A stretch of 64,000 nucleotides of DNA from Cirrosporium novae-zelandiae (GCA_026023565.1 JAPETS010000015.1:372001-436000), one strand, 5' to 3'. Shown: positions 12,221 to 25,752, numbered from the stretch's first letter. Program-made: numbers and translations. Notes: generated by a model not told the origin, from the letters alone.

Positions 12221-13838
12221 TCATTGGAAGTCTTCGAGAGCCTCAAGCTCTTCTTCTGTCATAGAGCCGTTAAGGTACATTGGATGATATTTCTTAGCCC
12301 ACTGGCGAATAAGAATCGAGGCTATATTATATTAGTATTAGTATAGGCATTGAGGGTTGAAGTTATACATACCTTTTAAAAATTTCTTGCTCGCGTATTT
12401 CTTGAACAAGGCTTCATGTGCAACTGGACGGTGAAGATAATCAACCATTAGCTTGAACACCGGCATGATCTCTTCCTCGGTATACCCTGAGTAGTGTGCA
12501 AGAGTCGCATCCCATGGCCCCCTCTCCAATATTAACCGCGCAAAGTACATGGAGGCAGCAGCGATACGACTAGGGTGGAACTTTATGAACCGATGATCAA
12601 CCAATCCAACCTCCATCAGATATTTGCCAAGAGTACGCGTCTGGATGTCGTAGTTATCCGCTTTGGATATGCGCCGCAAAAAGTTCATGGGGTTGGGAAA
12701 GCTGAGGTCATAGTTGAGAGTCTGAAGAACAAATCGTTCGGCGCTAAGGATTTCATCTTCAGAGAAACCGTTATCTGTTACGTGACGGAAATTGGCGACG
12801 TGGGGTGAAAGAACTTCTTCATATTTCGATGCAATGAACATGGCAGTAACACCAACAAGTTGAAGGCGGTCAAGTTGGCAGACTTTATTAGAAAGGAATC
12901 GATCGATGATGTTGACGGCGAGGAATAGAGTTTCAGGGAGGAGATGGAAACGCGTGTGAACTTCGATAAGCCAATCGATGAGAATTCCACGCATCTTCCA
13001 TTCAATGTCTTCTTGGTGGTCCATGTAATTAGGATTAGGCATCGTGTCAATCTCGAGTTTGTGAAGGTATTCGAATATCTCGACGACATATTCTGACACC
13101 ATCAAGGGATCATCGTAATCTTCGGCATCTAAGTCTGGAATTTCTGGCTCAAGAATGGCTTCCTTAATGTCAGGCTCTTCAACTTCTTCATACTTGGTAT
13201 CGACCACGGCGCGATTCTCAACTTCCACGTAGACTGTTTGTTTTGTCGTGTGTTTACGCTCTTCCTCTTGGATAGGTTCTTGTTTTAGGGACGTGTGATT
13301 TGATTTTGATGAGGTATTGCGTTTTTTTATAGCTCGTCCAGCGATACCAGAACCACTGGCAGGCCGTTTTAGATCCGTCTCGGCGGCTTTCTTGTTTGCA
13401 TCTTTGGGACCAAGCGCGGAACGAGAGGAGTTGGCACGCGTCAACTTTTGCACCCCACCATGTTGCGTAGCCTTCGACGTAAGACCCCTGCCCTTAGTCT
13501 TGCCTTCTTTCCCATCAGCATTCTCACCCTTTGCAACATTACTGACATCACCAAGAGCAGCACGCTTTCTTCCTGCAGGTTCTCGATGACCTTTGAGAGT
13601 AGCTGTAGACTTCTTAGTTTGGAGAGGTTTCTTTGCTATGCCTGCATTTGATGGATCGTCGAGTCCAAGAGCTTTCGATTGTGCCCGTGTCATTCTCATA
13701 GTGCCAGCGGCATTTTCATCATTCTCGTTGGTTACAGCGCGGTGTCGTGGGCGACCCTAAATAAAGTTCGGTTAGCGGGCCTACGGATCTGAATGAACAT
13801 TTAACAGCTGTGAAGTGAGAATCGCGTACTGGAGGCAT
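12221..13838 (-). CDS. nimE: G2/M B-type cyclin (NimE/Cdc13/Clb2 type)
   Basis: Destruction box RAALGDVSN, cyclin box MRGILIDWLIEVH, and LQLVGVTAMFIASKYEE. First exon is MPP; introns at about 13758-13829 and 12322-12372; TGA at 12221-12223. Confidence 0.93.
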
Positions 13839-13980
13839 TGTTGTTCGCGTTTGTGGATAATTAATCTGGAAAGGAGCTTCGACGCGACACCGTGCCGGAG
13901 AGATATCCGAGGTGAAATAGACGAAGCGTTTTTATATCGCTTTTGGGCCGAAGAAGGATCTGCCTTTCACGACGCAATTA

Positions 13981-13989
13981 GTAAACAAA
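13981..13989 (+). promoter_or_regulatory. Forkhead-type site GTAAACAAA upstream of the cyclin B ATG
   Basis: Exact match to the forkhead consensus ~145 bp upstream of the cyclin start codon. A GCGCGAAA motif lies at 14322-14329. Short motifs like these can occur by chance. Confidence 0.4.
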
Positions 13990-15030
13990 GCTCATTTTGG
14001 GACTATATTTGTCGGGGATCAAATAGAACCAACCTTCGCCTTTAGGATATAAGGAACAAGGAGTTAGAATGGATGGTTAATATGTCTCTGGGTTTTAGTA
14101 CATAAATACTTGTTGACAAGGTGAGACAGACACCCGTTGAAATGGGTAGCGAAGTCAATGATATGAGATGAAAGTTGGTGATGACTGCTCAAGGTGCTTG
14201 ATGGAAGTTAGCAGGAATCAAATTATGAATTTAATTGAGAGTTAATGGTATTGGTGAAGTAGGAATGAATTGTGAAAGGGCGTTGATGTCTTTGATGTGG
14301 TGGGTGTGTTTGGAAGAAGAAGCGCGAAACAAAGTAACAAAATGGGTTGGAAGCGAGAAGTGCTGATTAGTGTCATTACTAGCGTGACTTGGGTTGTGGT
14401 AAAAAAGTACTTACGGTAGATGAAGCCTAATTTGACGGATGAAGAGAGTCGGGTAGGTTAAAGTTGATTAATGAATGCAGGATATCTCTTTCTGCTCGTA
14501 AATCTCGTAATGTGAGTGGTTTGAATTATTGTAGAGAAGTCATCTAGGTTGAAATGTTGTGAGGAGTTCGGGGGTTGGCTGAGGGACTGAAACTATGGAG
14601 AAGAAGAGAAGTTCGTTGGTAAGCTTTTGGTTTTACAGAAAGTCGGATTGTTGATGTATGGCTGGTCGCCCAGGGCAGCAGCACCAAATAGGAATGGTCA
14701 GTTAAACGCAACGCCCACCAAATTCCCACGCTGAAGTCGCCAAACGCCACACTTCCCACATTTCCCATACTTTTCCCGCCTATGTCGAGTTTTGACGCGG
14801 TTACTCTTTCCAGCAACTCTCAAGGACCTTGTCAGAACATTTTTCTTGGCATTTTTTCATTGAACTAACTCGTCCATTTTTCAATCAAATCCATAGGACA
14901 TGTCTGTTTTCTGGGATAGCCATTGTAAGGATTAATTATTATAACAAATTATATCACATCCATCACCTTCCCCACCCCTTCAAAAAAATCTCCACTCCGA
15001 CCTCTACTTATAAGCCAGCAAGTCGGCAAT

Positions 15031-16228
15031 ATGGGGCTTCGTCCAACTATCCCCAAATTGTGCCTCTTACGGCTTCCTAGAAGTTCAACTTCATCTTCCC
15101 TGCAACGGTCTTATGCTACTACAGTTGAATCTCCTCCTCAACGTCCCGTTGAAGCATCCGTTCAACCCGGGATGGTATTCGCACCCCCTCCCACTCGAGA
15201 TGAAGCAGGATTTGCTATGCGAACATACAAACCTATAACTCCCGGAATCAGATGGCTGAAGAGACCTATTAATGATCATTTATGGAAGGGCAGACCTTTT
15301 TACCCACTAACCTTCCCAAAGAAAGGTCAAGCACGAGGTGGAAGGAATAGTACTGGTCGTGTTACAGTAAGGCATCGAGGCGGTGGGCACAAGCGAAGGA
15401 TACGGACAGTCGACTTCATGCGATTAGAATCGGGTCCGCACGTGGTTGAGAGGATTGAACATGATCCAAATAGAAGCGCTCATATTGCCCTCGTAACCTC
15501 CAAGGACACTGGAAAGAAGTCTTACATTATTGCAGCCGATGGCCTGCGAGCAGGTGATGTTGTACAAAGTTACAGGTCCGGTATTCCAAAACAGTTACTG
15601 GAAAGCATGGGTGGAAGGGTCGATCCAGGTGTTCTGGCCGCAAGAACTGCATGGAGAGGGAACTGTCTGCCGTTGCACATGATTCCCATTGGGACGTTGA
15701 TACATAATGTGGGGATCTTGGCTAAAGGAGCAGGACAGATGTGTAGGAGTGCAGGAACTTTTGCAACAGTCGTAGCTAAAGACGACGAGACCAGGGAAGG
15801 GCAGATTGGAAAAAAAGTGACAATTAGACTACAGAGTGGTGAAGTACGAACAGTTAGCAGCTATGCTTGCGCCACCGTGGGTGTAGCAAGCAATCCGCAT
15901 CATCAGCATCGATCTCTTGGGAAAGCTGGAAGAAAAAGATGGCTAGGCATTAGGCCTACAGTGAGAGGTGTCGCCATGAATGCTGTCGATCATCCTCACG
16001 GCGGTGGACGAGGAAAGTCGAAAGGAAATGTGCATCCCGTCAGCCCTTGGGGTCAACCAGTATGTTGTTACCATTATCATTCATATGGTAATATGAAATT
16101 GAAGCTAATCTAATTGGCAATAGGCGAAATCTGGATATAAGACACGCCCGAAGAATAAACCAAACAAGGCTGTTGTACAAGAGAGGCATCGCAATCAAGG
16201 CAAGAGAAGGAGGGGAGCTAAGTCATAA
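15031..16228 (+). CDS. RML2: Mitochondrial ribosomal protein uL2m
   Basis: Presequence-like N-terminus, then [33 protein letters not shown] and [19 protein letters not shown]. Intron 16060-16123; TAA at 16226-16228. Confidence 0.93.
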
Positions 16229-17017
16229 AGGTCTTTTAAGAATTTGTTTTCAGATCATCAAGTCATATTATATCCGCATAGCCGTGGATATCTCAATTAT
16301 CTATGAATCTGGTGTACTCGTGAAGGTCCAAGAGATTTGTTTCCTCTAAGCATGTATCAAACGACGAAGAAGAAGATTTGCCCGGTGCACTGTAACACCA
16401 TTGTCTAAATAACGTCACTGAATGAATACACCCGAATGAATATAATAAGCTAGTCTACTTGTATGGCTCTGTTGGAAATTGGAAACTGGAAGAAAGGCAG
16501 CTGAATGCGCTAGTTAATGTTGGTGCCTTATTCCTTCCTTGGCAATTATGGTAGCCTGAAAGTGGCATGAGTGGGAAAAAAAGTTGGAATAAAATTTAGG
16601 GTATGTTTTGTCAGCCTTTGTGTCCCCCTTGGTCTCTCAAATAATTAAAGAATTAAAGGGTTTAGAAGGGTCGAACGAGAATGACAAAGGGGCCGGGGGG
16701 GCAGGGAGCCACATTTTGCGGCTGAGACGGTCAGAAAACGGTTGCTTAGGCTTAAACGCTGCTGTAGGCATCCAAATATTTCAGATACGATGATGATTGC
16801 GTAGACTACTTCCCCTCCCTCTGTATGTGATATGATAATAAACGTTTTGCCGACCAGTCTCCCAGTTGATGCTTATCTACTTCGATGAATATAATCATTC
16901 CGTATCCGAACCTTGATTTAAACAGTACGGCGGCATTGTTACCGCATTAGCAGGCAAATTACTGCCTTTGCTGCCTTGTTCGGCTTGACCCTCCATTTGG
17001 CGCCTTTCTTACCCGTC

Positions 17018-20005
17018 ATGTCCTCCAATAACTCCCCCGAGGGCTCTAATTCTTTCTCCCACTCAAATAGTAACCACCATGCGTCTCAAAGTCCGAATGA
17101 ATCTTCCAATGCAAATCTCCACCTTGAACATTCAGGCTCAGCCGTCCCGAGACCAAAAAGAATCGCTTGTGCAGTCTGCAGGAAGAGGAAATTGCGTTGT
17201 GATGGTAATAAGCCCACATGTGGGACATGTACAAGACTAGGTCACGATTGCGTTTATGATGAGGTTAGGAGGAAGAGTGGTCCGAAAAGAGGATATGTTA
17301 AACAACTCGAAGCTCGATTAGGTATGCCTACTTGGGACGTGGAGGACATGGTAAAGGAATACCTGCTGATATGGTTAAATATCTACAGCACAAGTAGAAA
17401 CATTGCTCAAGAGCCAAGAACCATCAACTTCCGAACATAGTACCTCTTCACAATCATTTCCTGAACCAACCTCCCAAGGAGCCCCATTCAATGCCCTTCA
17501 TGATTTATCCATGGCCGGGTTAGGACCCTCAGATCCTGTTCCGGGGCTGGGTGCGCCCTTCAATACAACGGAACAGCAACCTTTGATGCCAGATTCACTG
17601 GGAATAGGTAGTAGTAATGACGAGTTTTCCTGGGAAATGATCGGACTGGGGTTAGATGAGCCTCTTCCAGCCCAGGAAGTTGTGGACGAGCTGTATGTAT
17701 CTCCCTCACGACTTATCGCAGTTATTAGTTCCTCACATTCCTACAGTCATCAGATTTACTTTGAGAAGATCCATCCATCAGTACCAATGATACACCGGCC
17801 CCGCTATTTCGCTGCGTTGAATCTAGCACCCCATATGAGACCTCCTATATGTCTGAGATATATTATGTGGTCTCTAGCAGCATCCGTCACTGACAAATAC
17901 TTCTCACTTCAAGAGCATTTCTATCACCGTGCTCGGAAATATATTCAACAAGACGAGATGAAGGGCCACGGAGAATCTACTATTACTGTTGCTCATTCTC
18001 AATGTTGGACTCTTATCGCGACTTACGAGTTCAAAATGATGTACTTTCCGAGGGCTTGGGTTAGCACAGGAAGAAGTGTCCGACTCGCCCAAATGATGGG
18101 CATGCATCGGCTTGATGGGGTAGGTCTGGACGTAAAACAGTGCCTCCCTGCCCCCAGGGACTGGACTGAAAGAGAAGAAAGAAGGCGGACGTTTTGGATG
18201 GCATATTGTGAAGATAGGTATGCAAGTATTGGGACGGGATGGCCTATGACAATTGATGAGAAGGACGTCAGTATAATCGGCCCCTTCCATTGGATAGTCT
18301 ACTCATGGATTAAATCTAGATAATGACAAATCTACCTGCGAGTGAAGAAGCCTTCGAGAAAAGCAAACCGCAACGCACTGTGACCCTCCAAGAGGTATTA
18401 ACTCCCGAAGGTGCTTCTAAAATATCAGCATTTGCAGGGGTAGTTGTCGTGGCTTGTTTGTTTGGTCGCAATTTGACCCATCTTCACCGTCCGGACGCGA
18501 ATGATAATGATGAAGATCTTAATGGGGAATTCTGGAAAAGGCATCGGCAATTGGACAATGTCCTTTTGAATATCCAACTTTCCTTGCCGTCTCACTTAAG
18601 AATACCAGAGGGGATATCGGATCCAAATATCGTATTTCTTAATATGAGCATACATACGTCAACCATATGTCTTCATCAAGCTGCTATATTCAAAGCAGAC
18701 AAAAACCACTTACCTGCGCAAATCGGAACTCAAAGCAAAGAGAGATGCTTACTCGCAGCAGACCGAATTGCAAATATGATGCGATTGGTCAGTGGTTTCG
18801 ACTTGACGCAGGTATGTATGGCTCCGCCTCGTCAAGAGAACATAGATGTCCTAATGAGGTTTACTGAACAGATGAACCCCTTCCTTGCCTTTTGCCTATA
18901 TGTTGCCGCACGAGTTTTCGTCCAATACCTCAAGTCAAACAGGGGAGATCTCAACGTTAGGGCTACGCTTCAATTCCTACTATCCGCAATGCGCGCGATG
19001 ACACGCCAGAGTCCCATTGCCGAATCGTTCCTTATTCAGCTAGATGTTGATCTTGAGGGAAGCGGTCTCGAATCTTCTCAAACGCCATCAAAACCATCCT
19101 TTGGAATGAAACCGGGAGCGGTATGTCCCAAGCCACACACTGGACCTGCCATCTTACCACCATCTGACGCTTGTCAGCGTGCTGCACCTAGTACCGAATG
19201 CCCAGGAATACTTAGATATTCAGGGCACCAACCACAAACACAAACGCAAATACCTGCTGACTCGAGGACATCCTCAAATGCTCAGAATTCCAATGGCTCT
19301 TCGCCACTGGATTTCAACAATTTACCACAGCAGCAATTTTCAAATGCTACATTAGTGAATCGATCAAGACCAGTTGATTTCAATTTAAGAGCTAGATCGG
19401 GGAACATTCCACTAGCTACAATGTCTGGAGTTATTGCGAGCGAAGGTAATCCTAAAACCTTAGGATTTGCTCGTGAAGATCCTCCTCTTGACATGGACAT
19501 TTCGGTAGATAACGAAAGTGAGCGTCATCATTCTACAAGTACAGATCATTCCACACCTGCAAGTTGTTCTAATAAGGCATCCTCACACACATCCCCAACC
19601 CCCCCGCAATCAGAGGATAGCCTCCCGCAAATAAATCGCCAATATATGCAACAGCAAAGGTCAAATGTCAGTAACTCCATATCTCAACCATCTATGTCAG
19701 CCTTCTACTCTAATTCTGCGTCGTATGGGTTTGACCAAAATTCTGCACACGCACAATTCTTCTCTCAACAAGGACAGGAGACAACAAATGCTGGCAGTGG
19801 AACTGGAACTACGCCCGGTAGAGAATCGGATAATAACTTGCCTCCTGGTTGGGATTTCGAAGGGTTCTCACCAGGAATTTCAACGGGAATGACACCGTCC
19901 TTTAACCCTGGAGATCCAAGTTCCTGGTCAACCATGTTAGAAAATATGGCCTGGATCGATTCAGCTGAGGTTATGAAGCATGGAGATATGAATCAACATC
20001 ACTAG
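17018..20005 (+). CDS. Zn(II)2Cys6 transcription factor with fungal-specific TF (middle homology) domain
   Basis: CAVCRKRKLRCDGNKPTCGTCTRLGHDC, EERRRTFW and GTGWP. Introns at 17322-17388, 17693-17746, 18267-18319, 18812-18871 and probably 19121-19177. Confidence 0.9.
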
Positions 20006-20773
20006 TAGAACAGAGGGTAAATGTGAGCGATCTTTCAGAATGGGTGGCGTTTTCGGTGGTCTTTGAAGGTACTCTTGGATCTGTTAACGAAACGGGTAAC
20101 TTTTCTTCGGAGAAGGGGGTTTTAGGGAAATTATCTTGGCTGCATGGATTGCCTAATTTGGCTATATGGCCATAATGTACTACAAAACTTATGCTTGGAA
20201 GAAATGCTTGGAAGAGATACTTGGCTAGCGTTCCATCGACAATGGATTAACTGTGGCGGCTACTCCTATGGAAGAAACAAGGACTTCATTTCTAATTTGA
20301 AAAGATTACATGACAACTGGACTCATTTCCAGCGGACGGATGCATACTGGATGATGATATGTACCATATGTAACACAAGGTTATTGGGATCTTGAATCAA
20401 ACACACTCCTCTTTGCTAGAAAATTTCTGTGGAAAGTTTCCCTCTTCCTAGTCTAGTTATAGCCAGTCGGCTTTTGACAAGACGAGAAGGTGTGTAATTT
20501 GATTATTTGTACATGTACAAACATAGAGTAAGGAGTGTTGGCCCACCTCTAAGCGCGTGGAAAACTGTCCCATGTCTTACTTTGGTGACGCATGGTTTTA
20601 ACACTTTGCATTACAAGTTAAACAACATCGAAAAAGGATTCAAAAGGGTTTGCGAGTAGTTGAAAAGAAACCGTTTGCTCGTGGTGAGGGTTTCTGTACT
20701 TTGAGCACTTGGAGTAAAGGGAAAGGATAACCGTGCCAAGCTTCCTCCCACTAGCACACCCGCTTTCCGCACT

Positions 20774-22179
20774 ATGGCTGGCGAAGAATCGGCAACTGCG
20801 AAGCTTCCACCCCGACCTTCAGCTCCCGTTCCTGGCACGAATATTCAAAATGGAATTGCTACAGCATCAGAAATGGCACCTTCGACATCGAACCACTATT
20901 ACCGTCGCATAGTGCCCAAGGATCGCTTTTCTTCACAGTTCAGTACACTAAAAACACAGACGTATCATGATCCCAACGCTCGTGGTGGAGGGATATCTCA
21001 CAGGTTTGTTGCCCTACACTCTGCACCTGTATTTGCAAGAGTCAATACTGTGTTATTTACTTGAAAACTTTGATAGGAGATCTTATGCAGCTGCTCCTTG
21101 CTGTGTATCAAGTTTTTGTTGGCTATGCTATTCCTTAGTCTATAACCTACATTTGCCTAACTATCTACTTGGACCGGCACATGGCAGACACTTCTCTCTA
21201 CACTTCCAATTGAAAGCTAAGGCTAATTCGTACACCTCTAGTATCCGAACTATAACATGGAATCCCACTGGTAGCATGATAGCTACAGGCTCTGCCGACA
21301 AGACATTACGAATATGGAATCCCGACCGGGCCTCGGCGAGATATTCAACTGACCTGAAAGGTCATACCATGGCAATTGAGCGCGTAGCATTCAACCCTAC
21401 CAAAGAATCGGAATTATCTTCTGTTTCCTCGGATGGGACAATCAAATTCTGGGACGTTAGAACCAAGCATTGCATCAGCACCATACAACTGGGGGACCAG
21501 GGATTTACGCTTGCCTGGAGCGCAGATGGAGAAACCATTGTAGTTGGAAGAAAGGTTGGAATGCATCCCTATTCTGCTACATTCGCTACACCGTCTAGAT
21601 GAATGCTAACGCAATTCCTAATCGCAGGACGATGTTCTCATACCAATCTCGCGTTCTACTCTCACCAAGCTTGCCGAGTACCCCCAACCTCTCCAAACCA
21701 ATCAACTCGCGTTCCCCTATGCTGCCCCACCTGAAACCCTCCTCCTCACCCACGGCGATGGCACCGTTAAAATACTCTCCTACCCGGACTTCCAACCCCT
21801 CCACACCCTTCAAGCCCACACCTCCGCTTGCCTCTCTCTCGAACTTTCCCCCACTGGCCGCTACCTCGCCATCGGCGGCTCCGATGCTCTAATCACTCTC
21901 TGGGACACCACCGACTGGGTGTGCAAACGCTCTCTTGACCGCATTGTGGGCTCGGTGAAGAGCCTGGGGTTCTCGTTTGATGGAAGTTATATATTGGGAG
22001 GCAGTGATGAGGGAACTGGGCTGGAGATTGCACATGTGGAGACCGGGGAGTACGTTCATACAATACCTACGAATCATCCTGCTCCTGTGGTTGCATGGCA
22101 CCCGCATCGGTATTGGGTTGCTCATTCGGGGGACCCAGGAGGCTTGAAGATTGTGGGTGCGGCTGGAGGGAATATGTGA
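20774..22179 (+). CDS. TEX1: WD40 protein, THO/TREX subunit THOC3/Tex1
   Basis: WD repeats WNPTGSMIATGSADKTLRIW, LKGH, IKFWD, GRYLAIGGSDALITLWD and AWHPHRYW. Introns 21004-21241 and about 21554-21627. Confidence 0.8.
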
Positions 22180-23702
22180 ATATAAGTCCAAGTGTTCGTT
22201 TTCGGTAGGAGCCGTGGGCATATGGGACACACTTTCTAAAGATTCCAGACTTCATTGGAAGAGAAAGGGGGTTGATTTTATAAAACCCTCAAAGAAAGAA
22301 ATTGCTCTGGTTTGTCTAGTGTGCTACAAAGCAAGCTATGATATTGTATGGAGAAGTTTTTCTTTCTGATCTACACAAGGGATCGTGAATTGAAAACCCG
22401 AAGACATTTCCAAGAATATGTAAAACGAGCAATTCAAAGTCATGTATCTATTCATCCATAACTGTATGTTAGTCTCTGACCGAGTGTATAACGTATTTGC
22501 TCCATCTATTTCTGAACTTGCATCTTGACGGTCTATGTTGCACTGCTGCATTGCCGTACCAATGTAACGAAACAAGGAAAATTATGTCCCTTAGTTAAAT
22601 ACTATTCTCTGCTGCTTTAAACTCCTAAGGACCTCCATGATATATCTCTTAACACCATTTCGTATCACAACCCAACTTGAAAAAGTCTGTTTTGTTATCA
22701 TTGTAATTGAGTTCTAATATTTTTTTAAAGTTATATACCCCCATCCTCTACGCAATATAACGTAGTGGAAAGAGTGTGGAGCTGGTCGCTAGCATATATT
22801 CCTTGAGTTTGACTAGTTAGCGTTTGATTGCATCTAATCATTTCATCGGGGTCGATTGAGGGATGTCGGCGCGACACGACGTCACGATATTTGTCTTTGA
22901 AAATTGATTCTAAAGCTGCGGATCAAATGAAGATAATTTTCCTAGGTCAATATTCCGTTCTCAACAATTGATGGATACACATCCAATTGAATTTGAAGTT
23001 CGGGAGACTTGTAGAAGGAAAGCTGCGTTCAGCTTTGATGTTGGGAGGATGGTGAGAGTTGTTTTTGTACGAGGACTGCTTCCCCGTTTGTCTGGGGCGT
23101 GCTGCAGTAGAGTCCTTGGATTTTAGTGATACGCGGTGTGGTATTAGCACTGTTGCTGTTTTGGTATGAGTAAGAATAGTGGACTAGGGCGCTGTCAAAT
23201 TTGACCTTTGGATATGCATCTTGAGCTTCGTTGCTGATTGGAACTGGCAAGTTTCCTATAGTTTCGCCCCATGAGACCCGAGTGTATTTCTAGGGAGGGC
23301 TCATTACGGATGGGATCCTGGGAAGTGGGCCCCGACAACCATTATGGGTTTCCTGGTTGACATCCCCTCACAAACTGTTGTCATATACTTTTTTGTGGCC
23401 TTTAAGAAGTTCTGCACTGATGTAGCCTTCATCGTCACCATGGGTTGCGATATGCGAAACAGGATTGCGGGTTTCATTGCTGCTCCTCCTAACTTCAAAG
23501 AGTTTGTGATTTTGCTGCTTTTAACTGAGCCTGAATTAACTGGCTGGGGGGCCCGTGAATGGCTATATAGTGTCGCATGACCCCATCCCGAATGATGCAA
23601 TAGAACAATAGAGCTTTTGGAGCTGGCGTGCTGCTGACAATCGGATCCCGTTCCCAAGCTTGTATCGCCTTGGTGACTTTTAAGGGTTCTAGAATTGGTC
23701 TC

Positions 23703-24614
23703 CTAAGATGCACCTCTTCCTCGATGTCCGCCGAAACCGAAACCACCACGACCGCTACCGTCTGGTCCCTTGGGTGACCGGATAGGTTCTTGTTCCTTTG
23801 GCGATCCATTCCGACAATCCCCTCTCCTTGGCCCGAAAGGTGAATCTGGCTTTGCGGTATAAGCCGGATCATAAAGCTGCCTCCCTCTTCCTGCAGAAGA
23901 TGAAGGTCTACTACCCCTCTCTCGCGGACCCCCTCTATTTCTTCTGCGCCCTCCGCCTCCGTTCTCCCCTTTTGGAGTGGGTGGAGTAATGGTTCCAGGC
24001 GACGAAGTTCCTGATGCAGCGGTGCTAGACGATGTTCCAAAAAGACGTTCGCGGACTTCCTTATATTTCCGTTCCTTCTCTTCTCGTGCTTTCCGGGCCC
24101 TCTCCTGCCGCTGTTCTGCTGTAAGGGTTTCTTCTTTGACCCCAGAGTCGGAGGAACTATCATCGTCGTCGTTCTTATCATTGAGACCTAGGCCGGCGAG
24201 TTGTGCGCTATTGGGATCGGTAGATCTTGAAGCAACGGTAGGAAGCTTGCGGCTTAGGACTTGAATTGCTGGTTTAAACTCGCCTGCAAGGGGTACGTCT
24301 ACACCTCGTGCGTCAAGAAAATTAAATCTTCTTTCAGCATCGCTAAGAACAGATAAGTAATGGTCTCGATGAGAGCTTTTAATAAACATACGCTTCTGCC
24401 CACAATTGGCGGTTGAATTCTGCTTGCTGGGCGCGGCGCTCGGCTTTAGAGATTTTTGAAGGCTTTTTGGCTTCAGGGGATGGAGGTTTCTGAGCAATGA
24501 TTAGCAATGGCATGTGCGACAATACAGAGACAGAAAAATTAGTGAGCGCACATCGGCTTGGATTTCCCAGTCGTCATCCCAGGCATCTGGTACAGCAGAA
24601 TTTTTACCACTCAT
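23703..24614 (-). CDS. SUZ/SUZ-C domain protein (SZRD1-like)
   Basis: Exon 1 reads MSGKNSAVPDAWDDDWE and exon 2 AEFNRQLWAEA. Exon 3 has PAIQVLSRK, EEKERKYKEVRERLFG and PIRSPKGPDGSGRGGFGF. Confidence 0.8.
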
Positions 24615-25243
24615 TATATAAATGAATGCATAGGATACGTAAATAGATTATGAATATGTCGTAAGACGAATGAGAGGGGTAGATGGAGGGATTTTTAGAG
24701 GCGAGGATCCTGATAAGGAGGTCGAAAGTCACGTTGTAGGTAGGTGGACGAGGGATTGCGAAAACTGGGGGGAGTGTTGATACCTCAGGCCATAAACGGT
24801 AGGGGTAGGGGATATTTTGATTAAACGGCCTCGGGTTGTTATCCATAGGGCTGCATTAGTCCCTTCGCTCGGACCATTTATCCTTCAGGCATTAATTAAG
24901 GCAACAAATGGTTTAAGAAGTGGGTGGGCCTTGTCTGATAATACAGTACATGAACTATTGGATGTCTGGAACAAGCTCATCACTGAGGTCATATTTATCA
25001 CCTTTTAGAAGTACGAGCAAAAGGGTATTCATTTAATGTCTACAAAGGGTATAAACGTACTTATAGATTGAATTTACTTTGGATTCTTGATATTTGCTCA
25101 ATACAATAGCTGAAATCTCAATCATGTCAGGTAATTCCTCCAATCCACTATCCTCCTCCTTTCAGAAGTTGTTGGATTTTATCAAGAGGAATCGGAAGAA
25201 AAACAGGAACTGAAATTCCCTAGATATCGATCACGATAGCCAA

Positions 25244-25752
25244 ATGCGCTCATCCTCCTCTTCAAACGCCGAAGACGAAACAGAAACCATGTTTCCCTCC
25301 ACTGCTCAAGCTAGCTCTTCTGCGAACCCTCTCCCACCAACCGGTCATTCTACTTTCCTCCCAAATGCCGAACCATCTCCGCCATCATCACAAGACCCTC
25401 CTCAGGCGAATGGAGGCCCACTTCTTCCACTGGAAGATCCGATGGATTATGTTGCGACAATCCCAACTTCTGTTCCTGCAATTCCTATGTCTATAACTAG
25501 TGTTGATGTTCGCGCATTTGGTGGTGGTGATGCTGTTGCTGAAGAAGAAAAGAACCAACCTGGTGCGACTTGGATGAATACCAAAGCCCAGGGAGATTTC
25601 AAAAGGGCTTATGATGCTTTGGTTGACAAGGATTTCCTTACTAGCATACGTCTGTGACATCTACTCAAACTTTTTAATTCGAGTTAAATACTGATGCTAT
25701 CATAGAAGACCTACCCGATCCTCTGGAGGAACCCGATGCGACTGATGGATAA
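25244..25752 (+). CDS. Small hypothetical protein, 2 exons
   Basis: ORF with PSPPSSQ and PGATWMNTKAQGDFKRAYDALVDKDF. An intron ending at ~25706 (CTGAT...TAG) leads to DLPDPLEEPDATDG and TAA at 25750-25752. Confidence 0.65.

Noticed and set aside
22947..23657. Short ORFs downstream of the SUZ gene
   Set aside because: No recognisable motif or consistent exon structure; more likely 3' UTR or intergenic sequence.
23495..24181. 228 aa alternative-frame ORF overlapping the SUZ gene
   Set aside because: It is a shadow frame of low-complexity coding sequence; the conserved motifs lie in the other frame.
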